Shown here: piece by piece, positions 1 to 10,825 of the stretch
Layout: each line of letters starts with the position of its first letter
Numbering within the stretch: position 1 is the first letter of the stretch
From: an uncultured Methanosarcinaceae archaeon
GTDB taxonomy: Archaea; Halobacteriota; Methanosarcinia; Methanosarcinales; Methanosarcinaceae
Direction of reading: 5' to 3'
Length of the DNA stretch: 64,000 nucleotides
Assembly: GCA_963847185.1 (NCBI GenBank)
Contig: CAWJYV010000007.1
Coordinates: forward strand, 704,001 to 768,000
Notes under the pieces: model-generated
What the model was told of the DNA's origin: nothing
The model's input: only the letters and a program-made list of their open reading frames with translations
Databases searched by the model: none
Translations under genes and position numbers: made by a program

Positions 1-1054
1 CCAGCTGGATAATTCCTTTTTCCTTAACATACATGAGTCCGTTAATGAGATTCTGCCTGTGTTCAGCAAGCAATTTACGGGCGTCTTCATAGGCTTCTTC
101 TCTATTTCCCATGCAGACTGCAAGTCCTATTTCTGCATGGTCATAGCGTGCAGTGGCGTTAAGAAGTGTCGAAAATTCGGATGCATCTCTCATCTCCGTT
201 CCTTCTCTTTCATTTCGAAGGATGTAAACTTCGCCTATGAGTTTCTCTATCTTGTATGAGGGTATCCCTGATTTAAGGCAGTACTGGATAAGCCCTGAGA
301 CAATTTTTTGCTTTTCTGGAGTTTCAAGATCAATCCAGCGCCTCCAGCGCTCATCCTGGCCGAAGCGAACATTCAGTGAATGAATAAATTCAATGCAAGC
401 TTCTTCATCGCCTGTAAGCCCGGGCAGGTACGGGTCCGAGGAGTACTGTAATAACTTGTAAATCGGGCGAGTTTGCTTTCCAAAAAGGGTCAAATCTTTT
501 TTGAATTCAAGAGAGCCTTCTTTTACTCCCTCCTCAAGAATTTCTCTGTTAATGCCTACAAGCTGTCCCATTTTCAGGTGCTGCATATCTCCAATTGCTC
601 CCACTATGGCAAGAGAAGAAAGATCCTTATTTTTTCCAAGAGCTGAGGCCAGAAGATAGGTGCTTCCAGAGCCGCTCAATTCATAGGAGCCGTTTGCCCC
701 GAAGAGGTGGGGATTGAGGTGAAATTGATAGTTGCCCTGAGGTTGATGGTGGTCTGAGATTACTGCATGGATTCCACGAGATTTAATCTGTTCACACATA
801 CCGCTTCCCAAGTCCGTAAAGATAACCATCTCATGGTTTTCATCTGCAATAGCATCAAGGGACTTTTCATCAAGCTGTTTCACAAAGTGTGCTGTATATT
901 CAAAATCTGCTCGTTTAAGAGCAGTGCAGATAATTCCTGCAGAAGTCAGTCCGTCAGCATCAATGTGGGATACGACATGAATGGATTTGTGTTTCCTGAT
1001 CTCGTTGGCACATTTGCCTGCTTCTTTCTGAAGCTCTTTCATCGTCTCAGACAT
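1..1054 (-). CDS. RecJ-like DHH phosphoesterase/exonuclease, partial (3' end runs off the window)
   Basis: Not in the ORF track; hand-translated from ATG at 1054: MSETMKELQKEAGKCANEIRKHKSIHVVSHIDADGLTSAGII...IFTDLGSG...ISDHHQP...LNPH...ELSGSG. These are DHH family motifs (HxDADG, TDLG, DHH). Confidence 0.88.
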   Translation of the reverse strand, partial: MSETMKELQKEAGKCANEIRKHKSIHVVSHIDADGLTSAGIICTALKRADFEYTAHFVKQLDEKSLDAIADENHEMVIFTDLGSGMCEQIKSRGIHAVISDHHQPQGNYQFHLNPHLFGANGSYELSGSGSTYLLASALGKNKDLSSLAIVGAIGDMQHLKMGQLVGINREILEEGVKEGSLEFKKDLTLFGKQTRPIYKLLQYSSDPYLPGLTGDEEACIEFIHSLNVRFGQDERWRRWIDLETPEKQKIVSGLIQYCLKSGIPSYKIEKLIGEVYILRNEREGTEMRDASEFSTLLNATARYDHAEIGLAVCMGNREEAYEDARKLLAEHRQNLINGLMYVKEKGIIQL

Positions 1055-1098
1055 ATTCTCTCCAGAATTTTTCTACTTGTCAACTTAAATTTCTTTTC

Positions 1099-1587
1099 TT
1101 AGCTTTGTTTTCTTTCCCATTCTCGAGGATCGATTTTGTAATCTTTTCCATCTCTTTTTATCTCTGGAAAACCCCTAATCTCCTGTAATGTGAGTTTGAG
1201 ATTTTGAGTTAGATATTTTTTCTTTAACTCTTCCCAGGGAACCATATATGCTTCTCTACCATGTCCTGCTCCCATACGAAGTTCTACCGCAAGGAATCCT
1301 TTTCTTCCTGATTTGTTAAGGTAATCTGAAATCCTTTCTATCTGATGAATTCCTTTTTTGTCCACTGTAAAATGTTGAGAGAAGTAGAGTGCATTTGCCC
1401 CTTTGTCTACCGATATACTTTTGCACTCAATTCCAAGGTATAAATCAGGATTAAGAGAATCTACAAGCACATCAAGAAACTGAGAAGTAAACCTGTGTTG
1501 TTTAAGCCTGTAGGAGATAGCCCTGATGCCTTTTTCTTCAATGTATGTGTTAAAGGAATTTACAAGCAGGCGTTCAAATTCGGTCAT
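1099..1587 (-). CDS. PD-(D/E)XK nuclease, RecU/Hjc-like Holliday junction resolvase candidate
   Basis: 162 aa; N-terminal helix Glu (EFE), D (FLDVLV), ExK (IECKS), then HQ and GFLAV, matching the RecU-like motif order. Confidence 0.65.
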   Translation of the reverse strand: MTEFERLLVNSFNTYIEEKGIRAISYRLKQHRFTSQFLDVLVDSLNPDLYLGIECKSISVDKGANALYFSQHFTVDKKGIHQIERISDYLNKSGRKGFLAVELRMGAGHGREAYMVPWEELKKKYLTQNLKLTLQEIRGFPEIKRDGKDYKIDPREWERKQS

Positions 1588-2025
1588 GAAATCCTGTCTA
1601 ATGTCCTCGCTATTTTACTTAAGCTTTTAGAATATAGTTCTTCTGTTTCATGAATATAAAATGGGTCAGTGTGGATTACTCCCAGAAAATCATAAGAATG
1701 ACAATATTATAAAGTCTTGAGTACAGGTTTACTTTTGAGTACGATTTTCTTTAATCACTCGCAAATATGTTTTTTTAGAAAACATAGGTTCTCTAAAACT
1801 TATTTGTTTTTTAGTGGGATCTATTATAGATCAAAAATAGATCAAAATTTCTGAAATCAGAGAACAATTAGAGTAAAGTATGAATCTACTAAAGGTAAAA
1901 TTATGAAATTTGTTCAGAAGTATTTTTTCTAGTGCTTAAAAAGCTGGAAAAGAGCTGGAATAAAGTTGAAAGAAACAATTTTCTAAAAATAGAGCCGATC
2001 AATATGATCGGCAAATGTGAACTAT

Positions 2026-2421
2026 TTAATTTGCTATAATGAAGCTTACAAAATCCGGGCTGAGCCTCGTTTCCTTTACAAGCCTCTCTATAGTGTCTTC
2101 ATTGGAAAGACCTTCTTCTTTAAGTTCTCTTATGCGGTCAAAAACATGCTGAGATACTTCAGAATATTCATTAATATCTTTTCGGTGGCCCCATACATCG
2201 CCTTCAAGCAGAGAAATATTCTGCATGCAGAGATACATCTGTGCAGAACTGGAAATTGTCCTCTTGTATGAGCTTGGGATGTGGATCGCTTTTACTTCTG
2301 GACACTTCAGGATGAGCTTGAAAATATCCTTGTTAGAAGGTCTGAATGCCAGATGGATAATTTCCTCATCGAGTTTTAAAGTGTCTATTTCTTCTTTTGA
2401 ACTTACAACTCTTATTTTCAT
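2026..2421 (-). CDS. DUF1699 family protein
   Basis: MKIRVVSSKEEI...IHLAFRPSNKD...EGDVWGHRKDINEY is characteristic of this Methanosarcinales family. Confidence 0.8.
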   Translation of the reverse strand: MKIRVVSSKEEIDTLKLDEEIIHLAFRPSNKDIFKLILKCPEVKAIHIPSSYKRTISSSAQMYLCMQNISLLEGDVWGHRKDINEYSEVSQHVFDRIRELKEEGLSNEDTIERLVKETRLSPDFVSFIIAN

Positions 2422-3033
2422 TTTTCATCACCGTTCTTTCCAGGCTTTTAGAATTCTCATAGGGTTTTTAGGGTTTCGTGAAATTTTAAGAGCTTTTTTA
2501 AGTTTGTGAGGTTTTTGGGTCCCTTTCAGGCTTTTTTAATTCATTTCTGAGCTCAATGATTTCTTTCTGTTCCGATTCCTGCGCTTGAATGGTCAGTTTA
2601 CCGAAAGGTATTTTTTTACTTATATTCTTTCTCACATTATAAATATTTTTATATATGACGTATCTATGCTATATTTATACGATACTATTTAATATTTTTC
2701 GGTAGGGCTCTTTTTAAATTTACTACTATGTTTTTGCAAAAAGATGCTTTTCTACTGAAAACTATATGAAAAAATTCATTTTCTGATGCAGGCCTTTCTG
2801 AATCGGGAATTATGAATTTTTTCGGTTCTCTTCCAAGCCTATTTCATTTATTTCATGCAAAATATATAGAGTGTGTCCGTGAGTTATTGATCAATTACGA
2901 AAAAGCGAGTACATTCCCCATATTTGAGATAAATGTAGAAAGAGTATTATGATTACGTTTTCAATAACTCATGCCCATTACCCTAATATAAAAGGAGATT
3001 ATTTTTTCCCTTTACTTTGAACTCACTATCTTG

Positions 3034-4689
3034 TTAATCTTCCAACATTTTAGACATATATACGTTATCAAGAGTATACCCTAATTTCCGGTAATATTCT
3101 CTGGCGCCTATTCCACTAATTATGCTGAGTTTACTGTAACCGGAATCATGCGCTATATTCTCTGCGTGTTCCAGAAGTTCCTTTCCATATCCTCGATGCT
3201 GCCAATCTTTTTGCTTTGCTCCTTTTCCTACAGGTACCATTGAGCCGTAAACATGCAGTTCTCTTATCAAAGCAGCTTCCTGAAGCTCCGGGCGGTGAGG
3301 GGCAGCCGGGAAACGCAGGCGAGTAAACCCTATTAGAACATCTGCAGCAAGATCTTCAAATGCGATGAAGTGCTCTTTACCTTCACAAGCTTCATAGGTT
3401 TCCACAGTAAGTTCGATGTCTTCCTCATTTACTTTTCTCCCCTTCAAACTGGTATGTCCTACTTCCCTGCAGCGGATACAGCGGCATTTCCCTCCTTTTT
3501 CTCTAAGCTTTTCTTCTGCCAATTGCCTGAGGTTACTCTTGCGGACTCCTGCAAAGATCTGATGGGCGGGAATATCACGCTGAACGCGTTGAAGCCTTAC
3601 CCATTTAGGCAGGATAGCTTTTATATCTGCAACCAGTTCTGCTGCTTCTTCATCAGAAAGAGCTTCATATTCTCCTGTTTCCCAGAGCCTGTATAGAGGA
3701 GTCCCTTCAGTTACAAGGGTAGGGTAAATCTTGAGATAATCAGGCCTGAAGCGAAAGTCCTCAAAGAGTTTTTTAAACCCTCTTAGATCCAGTTTTGAGT
3801 CTGCCCCTGGAAGATGGGGCATCATATGGAACCCAACTTTAAATGCGCTATCTCGAAGCACCTGGTTAGCCTTTACAATCTCTGAAACTCCGTGTCCTCT
3901 CTGCATGCGGGTAAGCACAAAATCATAGACACTCTGTACCCCCAGTTCTACTTTTGTCCCTCCAAGCCTGAGAAATTCGTCAACATGTTTTGCTTCTGCC
4001 CAGTCCGGACGAGTTTCAAATGTAATCCCCACATTACGGATTTTGGCTGTCTCGTTGGCTTTTTGCACCTCTTCAAGAGGGATATAGGGGATGTCCTTTC
4101 CAATTTTCCAGGCGTTTTTTCTCCATTCCTCCCCTGTGAAATCATTCATTGCCTCAAGACACCTTTTAGTAAACCATTCTTGATAATCAAGACTGCGCGC
4201 GGAAAATGTGCCCCCCATTACTATCAGTTCAACTTTCTCTATGTCATGACCTATTTCTTTGAGCTGGGAAAGCCTTGATGTCACCTGAGTGTATGGGTCG
4301 AACTCATGCTGGATAGCTCTCATAGCTGCAGGTTCTCGCCCCATATAGCTTTGAGGAGACTTAAATGCAGAGCCTGGACCTCCGGGACAGGGCAAACAGA
4401 CCCCGTGAGGGCATGGGGCTGGCGAGGTCATCACAGCAATTACCGCAACTCCGGAAATTGTTCTCACTGGCTTCCGTTTCAGAAATTCCTTAATAACTGT
4501 CTGCTCTTCGGGGGTACCCTGCATTATAATGTCCCCATTCCTGGGAAGGCTTGTCAGATGATAGTGCTTACTGACGTCTTTCTTCGCTTTATTTAATTGT
4601 TTCTCATCTTTTATTTCGCCCGCCAGTACTTTTTCGAGAACTTCCTTACAGGCCATGATATAGTCGTTTTCTTTCATCTCAAGTTCCAT
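3034..4689 (-). CDS. elp3: Elp3 radical-SAM/GNAT tRNA U34 carboxymethyltransferase
   Basis: KPVRTISGVAVIAVM, CPHGVCLPCPGG, GGTF, ETRPD, ELGVQS, KIYPT, CRCIRCRE, IRELHVYG, QHRGYG. Confidence 0.96.
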   Translation of the reverse strand: MELEMKENDYIMACKEVLEKVLAGEIKDEKQLNKAKKDVSKHYHLTSLPRNGDIIMQGTPEEQTVIKEFLKRKPVRTISGVAVIAVMTSPAPCPHGVCLPCPGGPGSAFKSPQSYMGREPAAMRAIQHEFDPYTQVTSRLSQLKEIGHDIEKVELIVMGGTFSARSLDYQEWFTKRCLEAMNDFTGEEWRKNAWKIGKDIPYIPLEEVQKANETAKIRNVGITFETRPDWAEAKHVDEFLRLGGTKVELGVQSVYDFVLTRMQRGHGVSEIVKANQVLRDSAFKVGFHMMPHLPGADSKLDLRGFKKLFEDFRFRPDYLKIYPTLVTEGTPLYRLWETGEYEALSDEEAAELVADIKAILPKWVRLQRVQRDIPAHQIFAGVRKSNLRQLAEEKLREKGGKCRCIRCREVGHTSLKGRKVNEEDIELTVETYEACEGKEHFIAFEDLAADVLIGFTRLRFPAAPHRPELQEAALIRELHVYGSMVPVGKGAKQKDWQHRGYGKELLEHAENIAHDSGYSKLSIISGIGAREYYRKLGYTLDNVYMSKMLED

Positions 4690-4910
4690 CTTTCCGGGTT
4701 CTATTATTCCGGATTTTTCTTCTGTACAGTTCTTTGAATAAAAGCAAATGTTCGAGGATTTTCAAAAAAGATTGCATTTGACCTTTTCTAAGGCCTTATG
4801 CTTTAGTTCTCACGGATTGTAAGCTAAATGAATACACTAGTTTGTGATTACAAAAATTTATTACTCTATGATATTTGCTTACCTCTACGGTCTTCACAGG
4901 ATTTTCCTGC

Positions 4911-5486
4911 TTAGCAGAGATCTAACCCAATTATAAAGGTTCCACGCCCTGTTTCTGGCTTTAAGTCCATTACGGATCTGATGTACTCATCTGAAGGAGT
5001 AGAAGGAGATGCGAGCACAATATTGCTTATGCCGTTCATACAATCTAATTCTTTACATTTTTGAGGGGGTAGAACTACTGTTATAGGTTCTTTCTTTGAA
5101 TCGTTTGGCTTAGGTACTGCACTTTTGTAAAGCACAAAATTACCCATAACCATCATATCTTTACATTTTTTGCATTCCTCAAGTTTTTCGGGGTCATAAA
5201 CATCTTCGCCGACTTTTTGCCCATATTGCATGAAAACAACATTGGGGCCCTCGGGCCATACATAGTCCATATTGGTTGTAAAGGCGATAATCACTTGACG
5301 CTTGAATACTTCCTTAATTCCCTGGTTATCTCCAATTCCAAGGCCCATAAGGACGGCTCCTTCTGCCTTCTTTTCGAGTTCAAGAACTTTTTCTTTGTCC
5401 TCTTCGCTCAAAATGTATGTTTCTTCCACACCTTTTATAGCTTTTATCCTGCATATGGCTTCCTGAATAGCATTTTTACATTCCAA
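4911..5486 (-). CDS. Hypothetical protein
   Basis: 191-aa ORF with protein-like composition and several Cys (CKKC); no family recognised. Confidence 0.75.
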   Translation of the reverse strand: MECKNAIQEAICRIKAIKGVEETYILSEEDKEKVLELEKKAEGAVLMGLGIGDNQGIKEVFKRQVIIAFTTNMDYVWPEGPNVVFMQYGQKVGEDVYDPEKLEECKKCKDMMVMGNFVLYKSAVPKPNDSKKEPITVVLPPQKCKELDCMNGISNIVLASPSTPSDEYIRSVMDLKPETGRGTFIIGLDLC

Positions 5487-6267
5487 TATAATTTTCCCCT
5501 TCGTATTTTTAGACCTATATATTACTAAGGTATAAAATATGATCTTATTTAATTCTCTGCATATTCAGAGTGTACAGACGATTTTGCTTTTTTCCAATCT
5601 CTTAGTATTCATACATAATATCTATTTTATATTTCTCCTCTTATATCGTCAATTTCTAATATCATAAATGATTTTTCCCGCAATGGCAAAGACATAATTC
5701 TGTTCAAACTTTATTATTATAAAAATAATAGAAGTACTTGCAGCAATTGTCTAAATTATTTTAAAAACAACCTTCAGCTTTGTATTGATATTTTTCTGAA
5801 TTAGGGCGTGATATGTTGAACTTTCATGTTGAACTTCCATGTTGATATTTTTGGTCATTCAGTGGACGTTCCATTAAGAAAGTATCTTCTGAGGATATTT
5901 ATTCTCAGGGCAAATTCTGTTATTGCTCCTGAACATGCATATCTTCGCCGACTTACCCGGGTGAAGCTAAAATCATGATTTCTGGAAATCGGGGCTTTAT
6001 GAAATAAGGGTAGCTTTCGGAGTTTCAGGAGTTTCTCAAAATTACAATCTACATTAACTTCGCATATTTTTAAAATTAGTAGTTACTGAATTTATTTAGT
6101 AAAATACCCTTTAATTATATATCTTTTTTTCATAGTCAATTATAAATATTTCGACTTTATCTCTCATGTTAACTTCTGACGAATCTCCCATCTGAGATCT
6201 TTCGACATTTCCCGTTATTTATATCGTTGTTTTGCGCTTTTCCTATTCAATTTCCCTGAAACAGACC

Positions 6268-6283
6268 ACAAAAGATTTAATAA
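6268..6283 (+). promoter_or_regulatory. Putative BRE/TATA of the S-layer gene, implying a leader of about 165 nt
   Basis: A-rich BRE followed by TTTAATAA (6276-6283); GGAGG RBS lies before ATG 6472. Confidence 0.5.
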
Positions 6284-6471
6284 GGCAATTATTTTATAGA
6301 ACACTTGTAATCCAATTTAGAGGGATAAGGAGGGAATGAAATCCTCTTCGACAATAGACGATAATTACTAAGTCTTATTTGGTGAAGAATGGTGAAACCC
6401 TTTAAGTGTGTTGATCCCGACACTTCTTCTTACATACGACATATCTTAACAAACATGGAGGAAACAATAAA

Positions 6472-8509
6472 ATGAAGAGATTTGCAGCGGTAACACTGGC
6501 TGCTCTCATGCTTCTGACTGTATTTGCATCCGCCGCAAGTGCAGCAGACTCAGTTGAGATCCGCGGTCCTGTGTTCAACGGCTCTAACATTGACGATATT
6601 ATCGACACCCAGGGTGACGGTACAACCCTTACAGTCGATGCAACTAAATTTGCAGCATTCTACTACGACATTAACGACAACGTAACAACCGAAACACTTT
6701 CCATTAAAGACGTTGCAGGCACTGAAGGTAACGTCATTGGAGAGAATGGTCTTGTCTACACAACCCAGATTAAGAAGGTTGCTTACGAATACGAAAATGC
6801 AGATGCTGGCTGGGACAACTACAGCTTGATTGGTTTCTTTGCAGACAAGTATATCCCAATTAAACCAACCAAAGCTGACAAACTTGCCAAACTCGTAATG
6901 GACAGTGACGCCAAGCAGACCCTCAGAACCGGTGAAACCCTTGACCTCGGTGAAGGCTATGCTCTCGAAGCCAAGCAGGTTGATGTAGACGGTGAGAAAG
7001 TCTGGCTCGAGTTCACTAAAGACGGAGAATACGTAGATGACGAAATCATCTCAGTCGACTGACAACAGTGACAACACCTGGGACGTCGAACTCGATGACA
7101 TCCAGGGCGAAGACGATGTCGTTGTCCTTAAAGTACATGTCAACCAGGTCTTCCAGGGTGCAGTCGACAGCATTGCTCAGATCGAAGGTATGTGGCTCAT
7201 TGACTACGCAAACGCCATGAAGATCGAGTCTGACGATGAATTCGGCGAACTCAACAACGTTAAGATCAACGGTGACACCCTTACCATCAGCAATGAAGAC
7301 ACCTTCACTCTGACCAGGGACTCAACCCAGGAAATTGCTCAGGGATTGTCCTTCAAGATTGCTGACACCTCATCCAATATGCTCAGATTCTATCCAACAA
7401 AAGAAATCACAGAGCCTGGAACCTATGAGATCAGGGGACAGGTTGCATCTGGCACAGGTGACATGACCTGGACTGCAGACAACTTTGCAGGATTCTACTA
7501 CGACATCAATGACAATGTTAAAACAGAATCTCTCTCTGTCTCTGACATTGAAGGAAATGTAATTCCTGAAAACGGTCTTAAGTACTCAACCACAATTGAG
7601 AACGTCGCCTACGAATACGAGAATGCAGATGCTGGTTGGAAGACATTCCCTGTAATGGGCTTCTTTGCAGAAAAGTATGTTCCAATTAAACCAACCAAAG
7701 CTGACAAACTTGCCAAACTCGTAATGGACAGTGACACCAAGCAGACTCTCAGAACCGGCGAAAGCCTTGACCTCGGTGAGGGCTATGCTCTCGAAGCCAA
7801 GCAGGTTGATGTAGACGGTGAGAAAGTCTGGCTCGAGTTCACCAAAGACGGAGAATATGTAGATGACGAAATCATCTCAGTCTCCAGCGGTAGCGACAAC
7901 ACCTGGGACGTCGAACTCGATGACATCCAGGGCGAAGACGATGTCGTTGTCCTTAAAGTACATGTCAACCAGGTCTTCCAGGGTGCAGTCGACAGCATTG
8001 CTCAGATCGAAGGTATGTGGCTCATTGACTACGCAAACGCCATGAAGATCGAATCTGACGATGAATTCGGCGAACTCAACAACGTTAAGATCAACGGTGA
8101 CACCCTTAACATCAGCAATGAAGACACCTTCACTCTGACCAGGGATTCTGATCAGGAAATCGCCGAAGGTATGTCCTTCAAGGTCGCTGACACCTCAACC
8201 TCCGAACTCAGGTACTACCCATTCGTTGAGAGGACAGTCGGTGAAGGAAACGAAACCGTTACTCCGATCCGAGTAACAAAACTGATGAGAACAAAACTGA
8301 TGAAGAAGTGAACGCTACTGAACCTTCAGAAGAGAACGCTTCCGAAGAGCCAACTGAGGATGTAACCGGTGAGGAACCATCCGAAACCGAGCCATCCGAG
8401 GAAACTCCAGCTGAGAACGAAACTGAAGAACCAGACTCCAGGCTTCGCAGTTGTTCCAGGAATCCTTGGACTCCTTGCAGTTGTCTACCTCGTCAGGAGA
8501 AACAAATAA
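6472..8509 (+). CDS. Major-type S-layer protein (two DUF1608 repeats, acidic linker, PGF-CTERM), split by three frameshifts at about 7060, 8265 and 8435
   Basis: Signal peptide MKRFAAVTLAALMLLTVFASAASA followed by EIRG; duplicated DUF1608 blocks; C-terminus TPGFAVVPGILGLLAVVYLVRRNK* read in a shifted frame (TAA 8507-8509); strong bias to C-ending codons. Confidence 0.9.
6856..8145 (+). repeat. Near-identical intragenic duplication (about 6856-7320 vs 7681-8145, offset about 825 nt)
   Basis: Long identical DNA runs occur twice, e.g. gacaacacctgggacgtcgaactcgatgacatccagggcgaagacgatgtcgttgtcc. Confidence 0.9.
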
Positions 8510-8519
8510 ATTTCTAAAT

Positions 8520-8557
8520 GAAGGGTTTCCTTAACCCTTCTCTTTAATTCTTTTTTT
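8520..8557 (+). terminator. Hairpin plus T-tract after the S-layer gene
   Basis: gaagggtt-tcctt-aacccttc followed by tctttaattcttttttt. Confidence 0.6.
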
Positions 8558-8681
8558 AGTTATTTTGCAGATAGTTTTTTATTTAAGGATGTCTTAAGTC
8601 CTGTCTATTCTTTTTAATCCTAAAATCCTGATCCTTAGACCTGTCTGGTTATTTCTCAGGATTTTAATCAGGTGAAGTCTT

Positions 8682-9295
8682 ATGACAAAAATCATAACTT
8701 TAAAAAAATGTGTAACCTTAATATCCGTACTTGCGATTTTAATGATCGCTTTTTCAGGTTGCGTGGATAAGAATGCTCCTGCAGATAATGGAACAAATTC
8801 AGCAAATCCGGAAACAAAAGTAGAGGCCAAAGCAATTTCCAGTGATGATAATACCACTGGAGTAAGTACTCTTGAAACTCTTCCTGCAGGGTTTGAATAT
8901 GTTATTACTCTTCCGCTTACTACTGAACAAATTGGCATTGATTATAAAGCTGAAAATGTTTCCGGAATCCTTGAGGGTTCTGAAGGAGTCTACACAGGCT
9001 CTAATGAAACTGATTATTATATAGACGTAATAAAACTTGAAAATAAGGAAGCTGCAGATAATTTATCACTGCGTACAAGTCTTCTTTCCCGACACTAGAA
9101 AATGTTTCATTCTTTACGGATGAATCCTTTAACGGGCATTCTGCCGTGAAAATCACCGATTATATCACATCTGAAGGAAAAACTGTTCCAAGATACTCTT
9201 ATATCTGGAGCAATGAAAACTATGTAATAGTAGTATTCGGGAACACCGATGAAGAGTCTCCTGTCAAACAGCTGGCAATGGCAACAGGATACTGA
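8682..9295 (+). CDS. Lipoprotein with one frameshift at about 9062
   Basis: Lipobox AFSGC; adding one T to gataatttatcact continues the frame as FITAYKSSFPTLENV...FNGHSAVK...YIWSNENYVIVV...QLAMATGY* (TGA 9293-9295). Confidence 0.75.
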
Positions 9296-9452
9296 TATAC
9301 TCAATATTTAAATAAAGGGCTCCATTGCCCTTTGTTTCTTTTCTTTTTCTCTTATTTGGTTGCTTTCAGTTTATTCTCCTCATCTCTATCTATTTTGAAA
9401 TTTTACTGATTACTGGAGAAACAAATCTCCTCTTTTATTTCAGTCAAATATT

Positions 9453-9482
9453 CCGTAGCTTGCTGCGGGGTGCGCCAGCGCA
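9453..9482. repeat. GC-rich double hairpin, REP-like or IS200/IS605-end-like
   Basis: ccgtagc-tt-gctgcgg followed by tgcgc-ca-gcgca, set in AT-rich intergenic DNA. Confidence 0.4.
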
Positions 9483-9679
9483 ACTTTGATTATAATTACC
9501 CGATTATGTCAGCACTAACATAATATGTTTCATGATTCTACTCGTGCTTTTTAAGTCTTTTATGGATTATTTTTTCAGATCTCCAATCAAAATTTCATCT
9601 CAAAAAGTGTAAAACACCCCATTTTTACGTAATCCGATCGTTAGACTTTAATATATCTTTGTACATTTGTGTGTTGCAA

Positions 9680-9789
9680 GCCCGGATAGCCTAGTCGGTT
9701 GGGGCGCCAGACTCATAGGGACCTTATATGAGGCGTCTTTAATCTCCTGAGATATCTGGAGGTCGCGTGTTCGAGTCACGCTCCGGGCA
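9680..9789 (+). tRNA. tRNA with CAT anticodon (elongator Met likely) and a 36-nt BHB intron (9718-9753)
   Basis: Acceptor GCCCGGA/TCCGGGC, anticodon stem CCAGA/TCTGG, CAT at 9714-9716, T-arm GCGTG-TTCGAGT-CACGC, BHB helix CTCA/TGAG with 3-nt bulges; TATA-like tttaata at 9647-9653; CCA not encoded. Confidence 0.95.
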
Positions 9790-9931
9790 TCTAACTCTTT
9801 CCGATATCTTTCTTCCCGTTAAAGGTAATCTTTTCTACTATTTCACCCCACTTTTTATAGTGGTTTCATCCCTCATATCATCAAATGTTTAACTGAGAAC
9901 TTTTAAGCCCTTTTATATCTTTATTACTAAT

Positions 9932-10639
9932 ATGGTAGAATCTCCTGCTGAAGTATTCGAATTGGCAAGGATTCTTCTAGCCGATGCTCACTGGCTCTTT
10001 TTATTTGAAGTAATTCTCAGGTCAGTTTTCATGTTTATTTTCGCACTGATTTTCATGCGCTTTTTAGGAAGAAGAGCAATTCATCAGCTTACTTCTTTTG
10101 ATCTTTTGCTCATTATTGCTCTTGGATCGGCTATGGGAGATCCTATGATTTATCCTGATGTTGCTATCTTATGGTCAGTTTTTGGAATTGGAACCATTCT
10201 GGTACTTTACAGGATACAAAATACTCTGGCGAATAGATTTCCCTGGTACGAAGATTTAACTGAGGGTACTCCCGTAAAAATAATAACTAATGGGATTCTT
10301 GATTCAGAAGAGCTCAAAAAACACACTCCTACACAGGATGATCTTTTTCTTTTATTAAGAAATCAAGGAGTCAGGAGTTTGGGAGAAATTGAGGTCGCTT
10401 ATCTTGAAAGGGACGGGAGTCTAAGCGTGTTTAAATTTCGGGCTGGGAAACAAAAGCCTGGTCTACCTACTATCTCCGAGGATATGATTGAGGCTTGGAA
10501 CCCTCATAAAGCAGGCACGCAGGTTGAAGAATCTGGCTTTTATTCCTGCTATAAAACAGGTGAGACTATCTGGCTCGAAAAGGGAAATACTTTCACGGAT
10601 TGCGAAGGAAATACATGGATATCATCTGAAGAAGAATAA
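9932..10639 (+). CDS. DUF421/YetF-family membrane protein
   Basis: Three TM helices, GRRAIHQLTSFD, EGTP...NG, AYLERDGSLSV. Confidence 0.88.
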   Translation: MVESPAEVFELARILLADAHWLFLFEVILRSVFMFIFALIFMRFLGRRAIHQLTSFDLLLIIALGSAMGDPMIYPDVAILWSVFGIGTILVLYRIQNTLANRFPWYEDLTEGTPVKIITNGILDSEELKKHTPTQDDLFLLLRNQGVRSLGEIEVAYLERDGSLSVFKFRAGKQKPGLPTISEDMIEAWNPHKAGTQVEESGFYSCYKTGETIWLEKGNTFTDCEGNTWISSEEE

Positions 10640-10825
10640 AATATTTACTTGCTTTTTCAGGTAAATTCTGTGAAAAGATTGGGATTTTTGCTTTTTTGGG
10701 TCACTTTTTTATACCTTTTTTATAATATTCGTTGACGTACTTTTTTTATAAATTGTGGTCTATAGTTATATATTTATACTTTTGTAAAAATACTTTTGCT
10801 TATACCTCAAATGAGGGGGGGAGTT

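Noticed and set aside
9096-9098. Pyrrolysine read-through at the lipoprotein TAG
   Set aside because: The protein-like continuation lies in another frame, so a frameshift at about 9062 explains it.
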